The position numbers and the translations under genes are program-made. The notes under the pieces were generated by a model. The model ran no database searches. It was given only the letters and a program-made list of their open reading frames with translations, and was not told the origin of the DNA. Positions 19,628-29,729 of a stretch of 64,000 nt of DNA are shown piece after piece. The stretch lies in the NCBI GenBank assembly GCA_963753435.1, contig CAVWCF010000002.1, positions 118,410-182,409 on the forward strand, given 5' to 3'. Numbering within the stretch: the stretch's first letter is position 1; each line of letters starts with the position of its first letter. This DNA is from an uncultured Actinomycetota bacterium (GTDB lineage: Bacteria; Actinomycetota; Actinomycetes; CAVWCF01).

Positions 19628-21013
19628 TCAGCCGTGGACGTGCAGAGGCTTGCCGGCGAGCGCCAGGTGCGCCTCGCCCATTGCCTCGGACATTGTGGGG
19701 TGGGCGTGCACCAGCGGCGCGACGTCGTCGGCGTGGGCCTCCCAGTTGTAGATGAGCTGCCCTTCGGCGAGCAGCTCGCCGACACGAGCGCCGACCATGT
19801 GCACACCGAGGACCGGCCCATCGGTGCGGGCCACCAGCTTCACGGCTCCGGTCGTCTTGAGGATTTGGCTCTTGCCGTTGCCGGCCAGGTCGTAAGTCAA
19901 CGTGGTGACGTCGCCGTAGCGCTCGCGGGCAGCTGCTTCGGTGAGGCCGACCGACGCCACCTCGGGATCTGAGTAGGTCACCCGCGGCACGCCGTCGTAG
20001 TCGATCGGGCGGGGCGACTGGCCGGCGATTTGCTCGGCCACCAGGATGCCTTCGGCGAACCCAACGTGCGCCAATTGCAGTGTGGGAATGAGGTCGCCCA
20101 CGGCGAACACTCCCGGTACCGAAGTCCGGCAGTACTCGTCGACGACGACGTAGCCGCGATCCATGGCCACGCCCACTTCTTCGTACCCGAGTCCGGCAGA
20201 TACCGGACCACGACCGACCGCGACCAGCAGCAACTCCGCGTCGATCGTCTTGCCGCTCTCCAAGGCCACCTGAACCCCGGTGGCCGTCTGCTGTACCCCG
20301 GCGAACCTGGCGCCCAGTTCGAATGCGATGCCGCGGCGGCGGAATGCCCGCTCCAGGAGCTTGGAGGAGGCCTCATCCTCGGCGGGGACCAGGTGTGGCA
20401 GCGCCTCGACGATGGTCACGTCCGCACCGAAAGAGCGCCACACACTGGCGAACTCGACGCCGATCACGCCGCCACCGAGGACCACGACGCTGGCCGGAAC
20501 ACGGTCCAGTTGCAGCGCCTGGTCAGAGGTGATGACCCGGACGCCGTCGATGTCGAGACCTGGCAGCGAACGCGGTACCGACCCGGTGGCCAGCAGCACG
20601 TTGCGCCCGGTGAAGTCGGAGCCATTGACCCGGACCGTGTTGGCCGAAACCAGCCGGCCCTCACCCTCGACGTAGGTGATCCCGCGGCTCTTGACCAGGC
20701 CCTGCAGGCCCTTGTACAGCTTGCCGACGACGCCGTCCTTGTATTCGTTGACGGTCTTCATGTCGATGCCGAGCAGTGACGCCTGCACACCGAACTGAGC
20801 ACTCTCGCGGGCCGAGTCGGCGACCTCGCCGGCGTGCAGGAGGGCCTTCGTCGGGATACAGCCACGGTGCAGGCACGTGCCGCCCAGTTTGTCCTTCTCG
20901 ATCAGCGCGACCGACAGCCCCAGGTAGGCGCCGCGCAGCGCAGCCGCGTAGCCGCCGCTGCCCCCGCCAAGAATGACCAGGTCAAAGGCAGAGCCGGTGG
21001 GCGCCTCGGTCAC
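19628..21013 (-). CDS. lpdA: dihydrolipoyl dehydrogenase
   Basis: [20 protein letters not shown] redox disulfide, [17 protein letters not shown]. Confidence 0.96.
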   Translation of the reverse strand: MTEAPTGSAFDLVILGGGSGGYAAALRGAYLGLSVALIEKDKLGGTCLHRGCIPTKALLHAGEVADSARESAQFGVQASLLGIDMKTVNEYKDGVVGKLYKGLQGLVKSRGITYVEGEGRLVSANTVRVNGSDFTGRNVLLATGSVPRSLPGLDIDGVRVITSDQALQLDRVPASVVVLGGGVIGVEFASVWRSFGADVTIVEALPHLVPAEDEASSKLLERAFRRRGIAFELGARFAGVQQTATGVQVALESGKTIDAELLLVAVGRGPVSAGLGYEEVGVAMDRGYVVVDEYCRTSVPGVFAVGDLIPTLQLAHVGFAEGILVAEQIAGQSPRPIDYDGVPRVTYSDPEVASVGLTEAAARERYGDVTTLTYDLAGNGKSQILKTTGAVKLVARTDGPVLGVHMVGARVGELLAEGQLIYNWEAHADDVAPLVHAHPTMSEAMGEAHLALAGKPLHVHG

Positions 21014-21099
21014 GTTTCTTCCTCCAGGGTTGGGCGTCTCATCCTGTCACCTCCACCGCACAACGGGTAAGTCAGGTCGTGCTTGCGTACCGTTAGCGC

Positions 21100-21426
21100 A
21101 TGGGCTTGTTCCGTCGGCGCCGCGGGTCCACCCCGACCAAGCCGGGGCGTGAGGACCGAAAGCACCTTGAGGAGTTCGCCGCGACGCGTCGCGGCGTCGA
21201 GGCATACGTGGAACCGCGCACGACCTTGACCGAGACGACCGTGGTGCTAGTGGCCTACGACGGCGAATGGACGCGCCGCCGCGTCCCCAGCCCGCAGGTC
21301 CTGCACGAGTGGGCCAATGAGCGGGGAATCCCCTCGTATGACGCCGGGGTGGTCGGCTATCCGCAGCGCATGCGGGACTACTCGTCCCGCAAGGCGGCCG
21401 AGCGTCGGCGGCTGCTGGGGTCCTGA
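21100..21426 (+). CDS. conserved actinobacterial hypothetical protein
   Basis: GVEAYVEPRT..TVVLVAYDGEWTRRRV..YDAGVVGYPQRMRDY. TACCGT -10 box just upstream. Usual gene between lpdA and pepA. Confidence 0.75.
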   Translation: MGLFRRRRGSTPTKPGREDRKHLEEFAATRRGVEAYVEPRTTLTETTVVLVAYDGEWTRRRVPSPQVLHEWANERGIPSYDAGVVGYPQRMRDYSSRKAAERRRLLGS

Positions 21427-21451
21427 ACTACCGGCGAAGCCGGCGTCTGGA

Positions 21452-22930
21452 TCAGTCGTCGGCCGCCAGCGAACGGGCCGCCTCGACCAGCGTGCGTACC
21501 GCCGCCCCGGTTCCGCCCTTGGGGTTGACCCCGTACGGTTCGCTGCCGTTCCAGGCCGGCCCGGCGATGTCCAGGTGCGCCCAGGCCTGACCGGATGCGA
21601 TGAACTCCTGCAGGAAGATGCCCGCCTGCAGCATGCCGCCGTTGCGATCGCCGATGTTGGCGATGTCAGCCACCTGCGAGTCCAGCCGCTTGCGCAGGTA
21701 GGCCGGCAGATCCATGTGCCACATCGATTCACCGGCGGTCGCCGCAGCCTGACCGAGCCGCTCGGTGAGGTCTGCGTCGTTGCTCATGAGCCCCGCGGTC
21801 CGCGGGCCGAGGGCCACTAGCGCGGCACCGGTCAGGGTCGCCACGTCGACGATGGCGTCGGGCTGCTCCTCCTGAGCCCGGACCAGAGCGTCGGCAAGGA
21901 CCAGGCGACCTTCCGCGTCGGTGTTGAGGACCTCGACGGTGCGCCCGCCGTACGTGGTGAGGACGTCGCCGGGCCGCTGCGCGGTGTCCGACGGCATGTT
22001 CTCCGCCATCGCGGCGAAGGTGGTCACGTTGACTGGCAGCCCTAGTCGCGCAACGGCCAAGGTGGCGGCGATGACCGCGGCGGCGCCGGCCATGTCCGAC
22101 TTCATCTCGTGCATGTTCGCGCCTGGCTTCAGCGAGATCCCGCCGGAGTCGAACGTGATCCCCTTGCCGACCAGGGCCAGGTGGCGCTTTGCGTCGGGGT
22201 GGCGGTAGGCCAGGCGCAGCAACCGAGGCGGCCGACTGGACCCTTGGCCGACGCCGAGGATTCCCCCGTAGCCGCCACCAGCAAGCTTCTTCTCATCGGT
22301 GATCTCCGCGGTCACCCCCGCGTCGACGGCCTGAGCGGCAGCGGAGTCGGCAAAGACCGCTGGCGGCAGATCGTTCGGCGGTGTGTTCACGAAGTCCCTT
22401 GCCGCCATCACGGCTTCGGCTACGACGCGTGCCTCGGCGAGTGCGTGCCGGGCGGCTGCGTCCTTGGCCAGCGACGTCCAGATCGTCACCGCGCCCAGGC
22501 CGGCCTTGTGCGCGCGCGCCGTGGACGACCGGTAGGCGCGAAACGTGTACGCACCAAGGACCGCGCCGGTCGCGATCGCGGCGACCGATTCCGGAGATTC
22601 CGCACCCAGTGCGAAGACGGCCCGTCGCCGCCCGGCCAGGGCCCGCGCAGCAGCAGCAGCGGCCCGGCGAAGAGAGTCGTCATCGGAGTCGGTGCCTACG
22701 CCGACGCAGACAACCACCGGCGCGGTCACCCCGGCACCGGATGGCAACTGCACAACCTCCTCGGCCTTGCCGGTCGCCTTCAGGGCGGCTGCCGCCTCGG
22801 CGATGGCCTTGCCGGTCCGGCCCAGGGCTGCGACCGGTTCGACACCGCCACGGGTGGGGCGCAGTGCGACGACTAGTGCGTCCGCCTTGGCGCGCAGGGG
22901 CGAATCGGCAGACAAGGAGATCGTGGTCAT
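21452..22930 (-). CDS. pepA: leucyl aminopeptidase (M17)
   Basis: VGKGITFDSGG, MKSDMAGAAAV, NTDAEGRLVLAD, DVATLTGA, WAHLDIAG. Confidence 0.95.
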   Translation of the reverse strand: MTTISLSADSPLRAKADALVVALRPTRGGVEPVAALGRTGKAIAEAAAALKATGKAEEVVQLPSGAGVTAPVVVCVGVGTDSDDDSLRRAAAAAARALAGRRRAVFALGAESPESVAAIATGAVLGAYTFRAYRSSTARAHKAGLGAVTIWTSLAKDAAARHALAEARVVAEAVMAARDFVNTPPNDLPPAVFADSAAAQAVDAGVTAEITDEKKLAGGGYGGILGVGQGSSRPPRLLRLAYRHPDAKRHLALVGKGITFDSGGISLKPGANMHEMKSDMAGAAAVIAATLAVARLGLPVNVTTFAAMAENMPSDTAQRPGDVLTTYGGRTVEVLNTDAEGRLVLADALVRAQEEQPDAIVDVATLTGAALVALGPRTAGLMSNDADLTERLGQAAATAGESMWHMDLPAYLRKRLDSQVADIANIGDRNGGMLQAGIFLQEFIASGQAWAHLDIAGPAWNGSEPYGVNPKGGTGAAVRTLVEAARSLAADD

Positions 22931-22971
22931 GATCGTCACCCTAGCCACGGCTGCGGGCTAGCGTCTTGGTC

Positions 22972-24117
22972 ATGACGAGCAGCGGCGATGACACCGGTGC
23001 CCCGGCAACTGAGTCCGGCGGAGCCGCCCTGCGCAGCCCGATCCACCAGCAGCACGTGGACTCCGGGGCCAAGTTCGCGCCCTTCGCCGGTTGGGAGATG
23101 CCGCTTGAGTACGCCGGCGGCGGCGTATTGGCCGAGCACGCGGCTGTTCGCGAGTCGGTCGGCCTGTTCGACGTTTCCCACCTCGGCACCTTGGACGTGC
23201 GCGGAGCCGGCGCGCGGGCCTTCCTGGACACGCAACTGACCAACGACCTGAGCCGGCTGCAGCCGGGAGCCGCGCAGTACACGCTCATCTGCACCGAGGA
23301 CGGTGGGGTTATCGATGACCTGATCGCCTACGTGTCGGCCGACTCCGAGGTGCGACTGGTGCCGAACGCCGCCAACTGCGCGGAGGTGCGGGATCGGCTG
23401 CGGCAGGCGGCGCCGAGCGGTGTGGAGGTGCTCGACCGGCACACCGAAACCGCGATCCTGGCGGTGCAGGGACCGGCATCGGCGCAGGTCCTACTGGCAC
23501 TGGGTCTGGATCCGGACTTGGCCTACATGCGCTTCAACCAGCAGCAGTTCGGCGATGCGACGGTGAGCGTCTGCCGGTCCGGGTACACGGGGGAGCCGGG
23601 GTTCGAACTGATCGCCCCAACTGATGCAGCCGCCGGGCTGTGGGAAGCGCTTCTGCGCGCGGCGGCGAACGTCGGGGGGCGCCCTGCCGGCCTCGGTGCT
23701 CGCGACACCTTGCGCACCGAGATGGGGTACCCGCTGCATGGACAGGACCTGTCGCTGGAAATCTCCCCGGTGCAGGCCGGGTTGTCGTGGGCGGTCGGTT
23801 GGGACAAGCCTGAGTTCGTAGGGCGGGCGGCGCTTGTCGCGGAGCGCGCGGCCGGCCCGCGGCGCCGCTTGCGCGGGATCCGGCTCACCGACTCCGGGGT
23901 TCCGCGGCCGGGAATGGCGGTGCTGGCGGCCGACGGCGGTCGCGAAGTCGGCGTGCTGACCAGTGGCACGTTTTCGCCGACCCTGCGGGCCGGGATCGGG
24001 TTGGCCCTGTGCGACGCGGGAGTGGACGTAGGCGACCAGGTCCTGGTCAGCGCGCGAGGACGACAACTGGCCGCGGCGGTGGTGAAGCCCCCGTTCGTGA
24101 AGACGTCGCCGCGCTGA
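22972..24117 (+). CDS. gcvT: glycine cleavage system aminomethyltransferase T
   Basis: FAGWEMPLEY, GLFDVSHLG, GVIDDL, RSGYTGEPGFEL, GLGARDTLRTEMGYPLHG. Confidence 0.95.
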   Translation: MTSSGDDTGAPATESGGAALRSPIHQQHVDSGAKFAPFAGWEMPLEYAGGGVLAEHAAVRESVGLFDVSHLGTLDVRGAGARAFLDTQLTNDLSRLQPGAAQYTLICTEDGGVIDDLIAYVSADSEVRLVPNAANCAEVRDRLRQAAPSGVEVLDRHTETAILAVQGPASAQVLLALGLDPDLAYMRFNQQQFGDATVSVCRSGYTGEPGFELIAPTDAAAGLWEALLRAAANVGGRPAGLGARDTLRTEMGYPLHGQDLSLEISPVQAGLSWAVGWDKPEFVGRAALVAERAAGPRRRLRGIRLTDSGVPRPGMAVLAADGGREVGVLTSGTFSPTLRAGIGLALCDAGVDVGDQVLVSARGRQLAAAVVKPPFVKTSPR

Positions 24118-24185
24118 GCACTGACTACGGCCGAGCCCCCGAGGCCAGCGGGATCGCGGACGCACCCGCCACCTGGGCCGCCTGA

Positions 24186-25256
24186 TCAGCGGTCACTGAC
24201 CCCCGCCTCGTCGAAGGTCGCCATGTCGGCCAACGTCGCGGCTGCCGCTCGCAGAATCGGCACCGCCAGCAACGCTCCGGTGCCTGCACCCAGGTTCAGG
24301 CGCAGGTCCGTGAGCGGCTCCAGCCGAAGCCGCTGCAGGGCCACGGAGTGCGCGGGTTCGGTCGAACGGTGTCCAGCGGCCCACCAGTGCCTGGCCCGGA
24401 AGGACACTCGGTCCGCGAGCAGAGCAGCGGCACCGGACACGACCCCGTCCAGCAGTACCGGGGTGCGGCGGACAGCGGCCTGCAGCAGGAAGCCGGTCAT
24501 GGCGGCGATATCGGCGCCGCCGACGGTGGCCAGCAGTTGCAGCGGGTCGCCGCGGTGCGGACGGCCCCGACGGGCCGCGTCTCGTACCGCTGCAGCCTTG
24601 CGCATCCAACCCGCGTCGTCGATGCCCGTTCCGCGGCCGATCAGGTCCGGCAACTCGCCCCCACCGAGCAGGAATATGAGTGTGGTGGCCGGGGTGGTGT
24701 TGCCGATGCCCATGTCTCCGATCAGCAGCAGATCTGCGCCCGCGTCGATCAGTTCGTCGGCGATGCTGATGCCGTGGCTGACCGCTAGTTCGGCCTCGGC
24801 CGAGCTCATCGCATCAGTGGACCGGATGTCGCCGCTGCCCTTGCGGACCCGCCATCTGGTCACGTCGTCCGGAACGGACTTGCCGACGTAGTCGGTATCC
24901 ACCGCGAGGTCGCGGACGTTGACATTGACACCGGCTACCGCAGCGAGCACGTTGGCGGCGGCCCCGCCGGCCAGGAAGTTGCCCACCATCTGGGCCGTTA
25001 CCTCCGGCGGATAGGCCGAGACGCCGCCGGCGGCGACCCCGTGATCCCCGGCGAAGATGACGAGTTCGGCCCGCTGCGGGGGCGGCGCCGGGCACTGGCC
25101 GCGAACACCGCACCACCATGCGGCGAGGTCCTCCAAGCGGCCCAGCGCACCGGCGGGCTTGGCCAACTGTTGCTGGCGCACGAGGGCCTGCTCCGCGAAG
25201 CGCTCATCCGGCGCGACTATTGCGTCGAAGGCGTTCAGGTCCAAGGGTGCGCTCAC
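24186..25256 (-). CDS. cobT: nicotinate-nucleotide--dimethylbenzimidazole phosphoribosyltransferase (atypical active site)
   Basis: LAKPAGALGRLE, FAGDHGV, GDMGIGNTT, GRGTGID, LLDGVV. The usual RLGEGTG motif reads NLGAGTG. Confidence 0.9.
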   Translation of the reverse strand: MSAPLDLNAFDAIVAPDERFAEQALVRQQQLAKPAGALGRLEDLAAWWCGVRGQCPAPPPQRAELVIFAGDHGVAAGGVSAYPPEVTAQMVGNFLAGGAAANVLAAVAGVNVNVRDLAVDTDYVGKSVPDDVTRWRVRKGSGDIRSTDAMSSAEAELAVSHGISIADELIDAGADLLLIGDMGIGNTTPATTLIFLLGGGELPDLIGRGTGIDDAGWMRKAAAVRDAARRGRPHRGDPLQLLATVGGADIAAMTGFLLQAAVRRTPVLLDGVVSGAAALLADRVSFRARHWWAAGHRSTEPAHSVALQRLRLEPLTDLRLNLGAGTGALLAVPILRAAAATLADMATFDEAGVSDR

Positions 25257-25293
25257 TGCCCCGATCCTCTCGTCAGATCGCGAGTCTGGGGCA

Positions 25294-26085
25294 TCACCGC
25301 ACCGCGACGAACTCAGGCCGCGCATCGAACGCGGCGCGGCGCGCCGTTCGCCGCAGCGTCCGCAGGACCGGACCGGTCAGGAACGCCAGCAGGATGGCGT
25401 TACCGAGTGCGCGTGGGATGTCGAAGCCGAGGGAGGTGACCAAGCAGAACGCGATGAACCGGGCGAGGTTTTCCGTGACCGGGTCGCCCGCCACGAAACT
25501 GATGCCGGAGTCCGCGCCCGCGATGAACGGCCAGAACCAGAGGTTGAGCAGGAACCCGTAGGCAAGTCCGGCGATGAGCCCGTACGACACCAGCAGCCAC
25601 GTCTCCGTCCGGCCCCGGGCCGGTGGCAGCAGTCCGGCGAACAGGCCGATCCAGGCCGCGCCCAGCATTTGAAACGGCAGCCAAGGGCCGATGCCGCCGG
25701 TGATCAGTGCCGAGGCGAACATGCCGAGCGCGCCGAGCAGGAATCCAAAGCCGGGGCCGAGCGCGCGCCCACCGAGGATGACCACAACGAACATGGGCTG
25801 AAAGCCGGTCGCCCCGCCGCCCAGCGGGCGCAACGCTGCGGCGACGGCCGCGAGGACGCCGAGCAGGGCGACCGCCTTGGCATCCAACGAGCCCTCACTC
25901 AGGTGGGCGATGAGCACGGCAAGCAGCAACGGGAGCAGCAGGGCGAACAGCAAGGGTGCATCGGTCGAGTGCGCGAGGTCACTGCCCGGCTCGGCCAAGA
26001 AGGGCCAGCCGAACGCGAGCAGTCCGATGGAACTGACCAGGATCAGGGTGCCGACGCTGCGCGAGGGCATCCGCAGAGCGTTCAT
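25294..26085 (-). CDS. ECF transporter S component (predicted cobalamin-specific, SCO2325-like)
   Basis: Very hydrophobic, AxxxA motif AAVAAALR, LGPGFGFLLG, GGIGPWLPFQM, FDIPRALGN. Last ECF gene of the riboswitch operon. Confidence 0.85.
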   Translation of the reverse strand: MNALRMPSRSVGTLILVSSIGLLAFGWPFLAEPGSDLAHSTDAPLLFALLLPLLLAVLIAHLSEGSLDAKAVALLGVLAAVAAALRPLGGGATGFQPMFVVVILGGRALGPGFGFLLGALGMFASALITGGIGPWLPFQMLGAAWIGLFAGLLPPARGRTETWLLVSYGLIAGLAYGFLLNLWFWPFIAGADSGISFVAGDPVTENLARFIAFCLVTSLGFDIPRALGNAILLAFLTGPVLRTLRRTARRAAFDARPEFVAVR

Positions 26086-27695
26086 GTCGCCGGCTCCAGC
26101 GCCCGCTGCACCTCAAGCGGAGTCAGCCATCGCCCGGGGTGCAGCACCTTGGCGGTCTGCGGCGCGTACGCGGGGGATGCCAGCACCACGTCGCGGGCCG
26201 CCCCGTCCGTGACCACTTCGCCATCGGCGAGGATCACCACGCGGTCGACTGCTTCGGCTACCAACTCGACGTCATGCGTCGACAACAGCACCGCGGTTCC
26301 CTTGTCAGCCCGTTCGCGCAACACCGACACCAGGCGCGACTTGGTCGAGTAGTCCAACCCACGGGTCGGCTCGTCGAGCAGCAACAGGGATGGCTCGGCG
26401 ACCAGGACCACGGCTAGGGCCACGGCCAGCCGCTGCCCTTCGGAGAGGTCGCGCGGGTGTTGCTGCAGGTCGATGTCCGGCGCCAACTCTTGCAGCAGTC
26501 GCAGCGTGGCACCCGCCGCCACGGCCGCGTCGGAATCGGCGGCGGCACACTCGTTCGCCACCGTTTCGGCCCAGAGCAGCACCGCAGGGTCCTGCGGGAT
26601 CAGCCCAACGTGTGACAACAGCTGACGGCCGCGCAGTTGCCTCGGGTCTTGGTTGTCGACCCGGGCTGAACCCGCTGAAGGCGAGACCAGCCCGGTCAGC
26701 AGATTCAGCAGAGTGGATTTGCCGGCGCCGTTTCTTCCCATCAACGCCACAACCTCGCCGGGGAAGAGCGACAGGTCCACATCGCGCAGTGCGACCAGGT
26801 GCCCGTAGCGGACCGAGGCCCGGTTCAGTTGAGCGGCCGGGGGACCGTCGGCCAACGCCTTGGTCGGTGGATCGACGGTCTGCGTCAGGCGCTGGCGCAG
26901 ATCGGCCGAGAAGCGGCGGGCGTCCCGCACCGAAACCGGGACGGGTGACCAGCCGGCCACCTGAGCCAAGCGCACTACTGGCGGGGCCACTGGGGACTGC
27001 GCCAACACGTCCGCCGTGGCGCCGATGACCGGCGCCAGCCCGGCGCCGGGCAGGAGGATGACGCGGTCGGCGAACTGGGCGACGCGCTCCAGGCGATGCT
27101 CCGCCACCAGGACCGTCAGCCCAAGGTCGCTGACCAGGCGCTGCAGCGCCGCGAGCACCTCTTCGGCCGCACCCGGGTCCAGTGCGCTGGTTGGCTCATC
27201 CAGAACCAGCACGGACGGATGCGCGGCAAGCACGGCAGCGATGGCCACTCGTTGCCGCTGCCCGCCGGACAACCCCCGCAGGGGGCGGGCCCGGAGGTCC
27301 GCCAGGCCGAGTAGGTCGAGGTTCTCCTCAACCCGCCTGCGCATGGTCGCCGGGTCCACGCCGAGCGATTCCATGCCGTAGGCGATCTCGTCTTCGACCG
27401 TGTCCGTGACGAAGGCGGCGGCGGGGTCCTGGGGTACGACGCCGACGACGTCGGCCAGATCCCGCGGCCGGTGCTTGGCCGTGTCCCGTCCGGCGACCAG
27501 GACGCGACCGCTGAGGCGGCCACCGGTGAAGTGCGGCACATGACCGTTCACGGCACCGAGCAGGGTTGACTTGCCGGCCCCGGTAGGACCGATGACCAGG
27601 CACAACTCGCCTTCGGCGATCACGAAGTCGGCGTGGGCCAGGGCCGGCGCCGAACTGTCGGAGTAGGTCACGGAGACGTCTTCGAATCGGATCAC
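26082..27695 (-). CDS. ECF transporter duplicated ATPase
   Basis: Two ABC domains: GPTGAGKST/LSGGQRQR/LDEPT and GRNGAGKST/LSEGQR/LDEPTRGLD. Real start GTG 27695 (VIRFEDVSVTY). Confidence 0.92.
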   Translation of the reverse strand: MIRFEDVSVTYSDSSAPALAHADFVIAEGELCLVIGPTGAGKSTLLGAVNGHVPHFTGGRLSGRVLVAGRDTAKHRPRDLADVVGVVPQDPAAAFVTDTVEDEIAYGMESLGVDPATMRRRVEENLDLLGLADLRARPLRGLSGGQRQRVAIAAVLAAHPSVLVLDEPTSALDPGAAEEVLAALQRLVSDLGLTVLVAEHRLERVAQFADRVILLPGAGLAPVIGATADVLAQSPVAPPVVRLAQVAGWSPVPVSVRDARRFSADLRQRLTQTVDPPTKALADGPPAAQLNRASVRYGHLVALRDVDLSLFPGEVVALMGRNGAGKSTLLNLLTGLVSPSAGSARVDNQDPRQLRGRQLLSHVGLIPQDPAVLLWAETVANECAAADSDAAVAAGATLRLLQELAPDIDLQQHPRDLSEGQRLAVALAVVLVAEPSLLLLDEPTRGLDYSTKSRLVSVLRERADKGTAVLLSTHDVELVAEAVDRVVILADGEVVTDGAARDVVLASPAYAPQTAKVLHPGRWLTPLEVQRALEPAT

Positions 27696-28798
27696 ACCGG
27701 CACCTCCTCTCGGCGTTCCACTGCCAGGGGGAGGTTCTGGGGTCGCGGTGGCGCCAGCCAAACCGGTAGTAGCCCGAGGAGGAGACCGAAAGCTGCGACC
27801 GGCGGCAACGTCGGCCACGTCGGCGGGTCCGTGATCGGCGTCAGCCCGGGGGTCGCAGCCACCGCCAAGGCGGTCATGGTGATGGCGGCGGCGGCTCCGC
27901 TGGCTGTCACACCCCACTCCGGCCACGACCAGGGATCTGGCCGGTACCGGGTCCGCAGTTGCCGCGTCCGGCCAAGGCCGAGCCCGGCTACCGCTGTTGC
28001 GGCCCCGAGCGCGAGCAGCGGGAGTCCGAGCGGGCCGGGGGATCCGGCGTCCAGCAGGCCGTAGATGCCGACCAGAACGCCCACGAGGCCGACCAGTGTC
28101 AGCACTGCCGCCACCCGATTGGCGCGCGGTGAGTCCGCCCTGGTGCGTCCGTACCCGCGGGAGTCCATCGCCGCGGCCAGCGCCAGGGACCGTTCCAGTG
28201 CGGCGGTCAGCACCGGCAATGCCGCCGCGGCGGCACCGCGTAGCCCGCGGTCGTTGCGTCCGCGCAGCCGGCGGGCCTTGCGCACCTCCCCAAGTTCCAT
28301 GATCAGCAGGGGAGTGACGGAGAGAGCGACGACGACAGCAACGCCGACCTCGTACAGCGATGCCGGCAGGCTCTTGAGCAGCCGCCGTGGGTCGGCCAAC
28401 GAATTCGCTGCTCCGACGCATGCCAGGACTGCGAACAGACGCAGACCGTCGTAGACGGCGGCCAGCAACTGTGGGGCGGTTACCGGTCCGCCAAGTCGCA
28501 CACCGGCGGCCCAGTCCGGAAGCGGGATCTCCGGCAATTCCAGGAGCACGGAGCCGACGGCCGACGCCCCGAAGACAACTTCGAAGACCACGCGCAGGAC
28601 GACGACCACCACGCCTAGTCGTAGGAAGGCTCCGAAGGATCGACCCCAGGCGGCTGGGCTGCGGTGTACGGAGACCACGACCGCGACGACTCCTACGGCC
28701 AGCGCCAGCAGCAGCGGGTTCGTCGTTCGGCTAACTGCTGCGGCCATGCCGATGGCCCACAGCCACCAGGCGCCGGCGTGCAGCGGTCGTGGGTTCAC
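27692..28798 (-). CDS. ECF transporter transmembrane T component (CbiQ/EcfT family)
   Basis: LHAGAWWLWA, KARRLRG and AMDSRGYG coupling-helix Arg motifs. Start may extend to 28834. Confidence 0.88.
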   Translation of the reverse strand: MNPRPLHAGAWWLWAIGMAAAVSRTTNPLLLALAVGVVAVVVSVHRSPAAWGRSFGAFLRLGVVVVVLRVVFEVVFGASAVGSVLLELPEIPLPDWAAGVRLGGPVTAPQLLAAVYDGLRLFAVLACVGAANSLADPRRLLKSLPASLYEVGVAVVVALSVTPLLIMELGEVRKARRLRGRNDRGLRGAAAAALPVLTAALERSLALAAAMDSRGYGRTRADSPRANRVAAVLTLVGLVGVLVGIYGLLDAGSPGPLGLPLLALGAATAVAGLGLGRTRQLRTRYRPDPWSWPEWGVTASGAAAAITMTALAVAATPGLTPITDPPTWPTLPPVAAFGLLLGLLPVWLAPPRPQNLPLAVERREEVPV

Positions 28799-28811
28799 CA
28801 GGTGCGTCGCT

Positions 28812-29729
28812 TCATCGGGCGCGCCTGCGCGCATAGGCGGCGCCGCCGAGCAGCGCGGTCAGCAGCGCCACGGTCACCAGCAGTCCGGCCGGGGAGCCGG
28901 TGTCGGCTGGTGCCCGCGATGCCGTTGGGTAGGCACCGAGCGCCTCGGCTGCGTCGACCTGCTCGTCCGTTGCGCGACCGGCGGCGGAATCGGTCGGTGC
29001 GGTCGGCGCCGAAGCGGCGGCACTGCTAGTCGGCGTCCCTGGGGTCGCCGCGCCGGGCTCCTGCACCGCCGGATCGCCGGTGCTCGCGGGCGTGCTCGGC
29101 GAGTTTCGGCCCGAACTGGAATCCGCCGCCTCGCTGTTCGCGGCGGTGCGGTTGTTGGGTTGCGCCCCGGCGGCGGGGGAGGTCGGCTTGGGGGTAGGGC
29201 TGGGTTGCGACTGGACCACGACGTCGCCGCATTCTCTGCTCGGGTAGCCGTTGAGGCCACCGATCAGACCGCTGGAGCAGGCGCGCACCGTGGCGACCTT
29301 GCTGAGGACGTCCAAGCCGGTGGCGCTGGTGGCGGCGGTCACGCAGGCTTTGACCGGGGTGTCTGGGGTGCCCGGGGGAGTCTCTCCCGGTGGCGCGTCA
29401 GAGGTGGAGCCGTAGTCGATGACTACCGCGACCCGCTTCTGGCCCTCGAGGGCCTGTTCACCCCGGCAGATCTGGCTGAACAGCCCGGACGCGGTCAGAC
29501 GCGGCGGGTCATCCCCGCCATTCGTCGAGACTCCGAATCGCCACCCCTCGACGGAACCATCCGCTGGGCGGCTGGACGGTCCCACTGGCGCGAAGGACCA
29601 GCTGTCGGCTCCCGGCGTCACCTTCCAGTACTGCCAGTACCGGTACGCCGTCGCGGCCTCCGCCGCAGGGGTCGCCCATACGGCAACTGCCGTCGCGAAG
29701 GCGGCGGTGGCAGCCAACAGCCGCTTCAC
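28812..29729 (-). CDS. SCO2322-like secreted, C-terminally anchored protein
   Basis: Signal peptide (..PAAEA), YRYWQYW..GPSSRPADGSVEGWRF, KRVAVVIDYG, GLIGGLNGYP, Pro/Ser/Thr/Ala linker, C-terminal TM plus RRRAR. Confidence 0.78.
   Translation of the reverse strand: MKRLLAATAAFATAVAVWATPAAEAATAYRYWQYWKVTPGADSWSFAPVGPSSRPADGSVEGWRFGVSTNGGDDPPRLTASGLFSQICRGEQALEGQKRVAVVIDYGSTSDAPPGETPPGTPDTPVKACVTAATSATGLDVLSKVATVRACSSGLIGGLNGYPSRECGDVVVQSQPSPTPKPTSPAAGAQPNNRTAANSEAADSSSGRNSPSTPASTGDPAVQEPGAATPGTPTSSAAASAPTAPTDSAAGRATDEQVDAAEALGAYPTASRAPADTGSPAGLLVTVALLTALLGGAAYARRRAR

Noticed and set aside
27696-28421. N-terminal 240 aa of the 779-aa ATPase ORF
   Set aside because: It overlaps the ECF T gene in another frame. 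The real start is GTG 27695.
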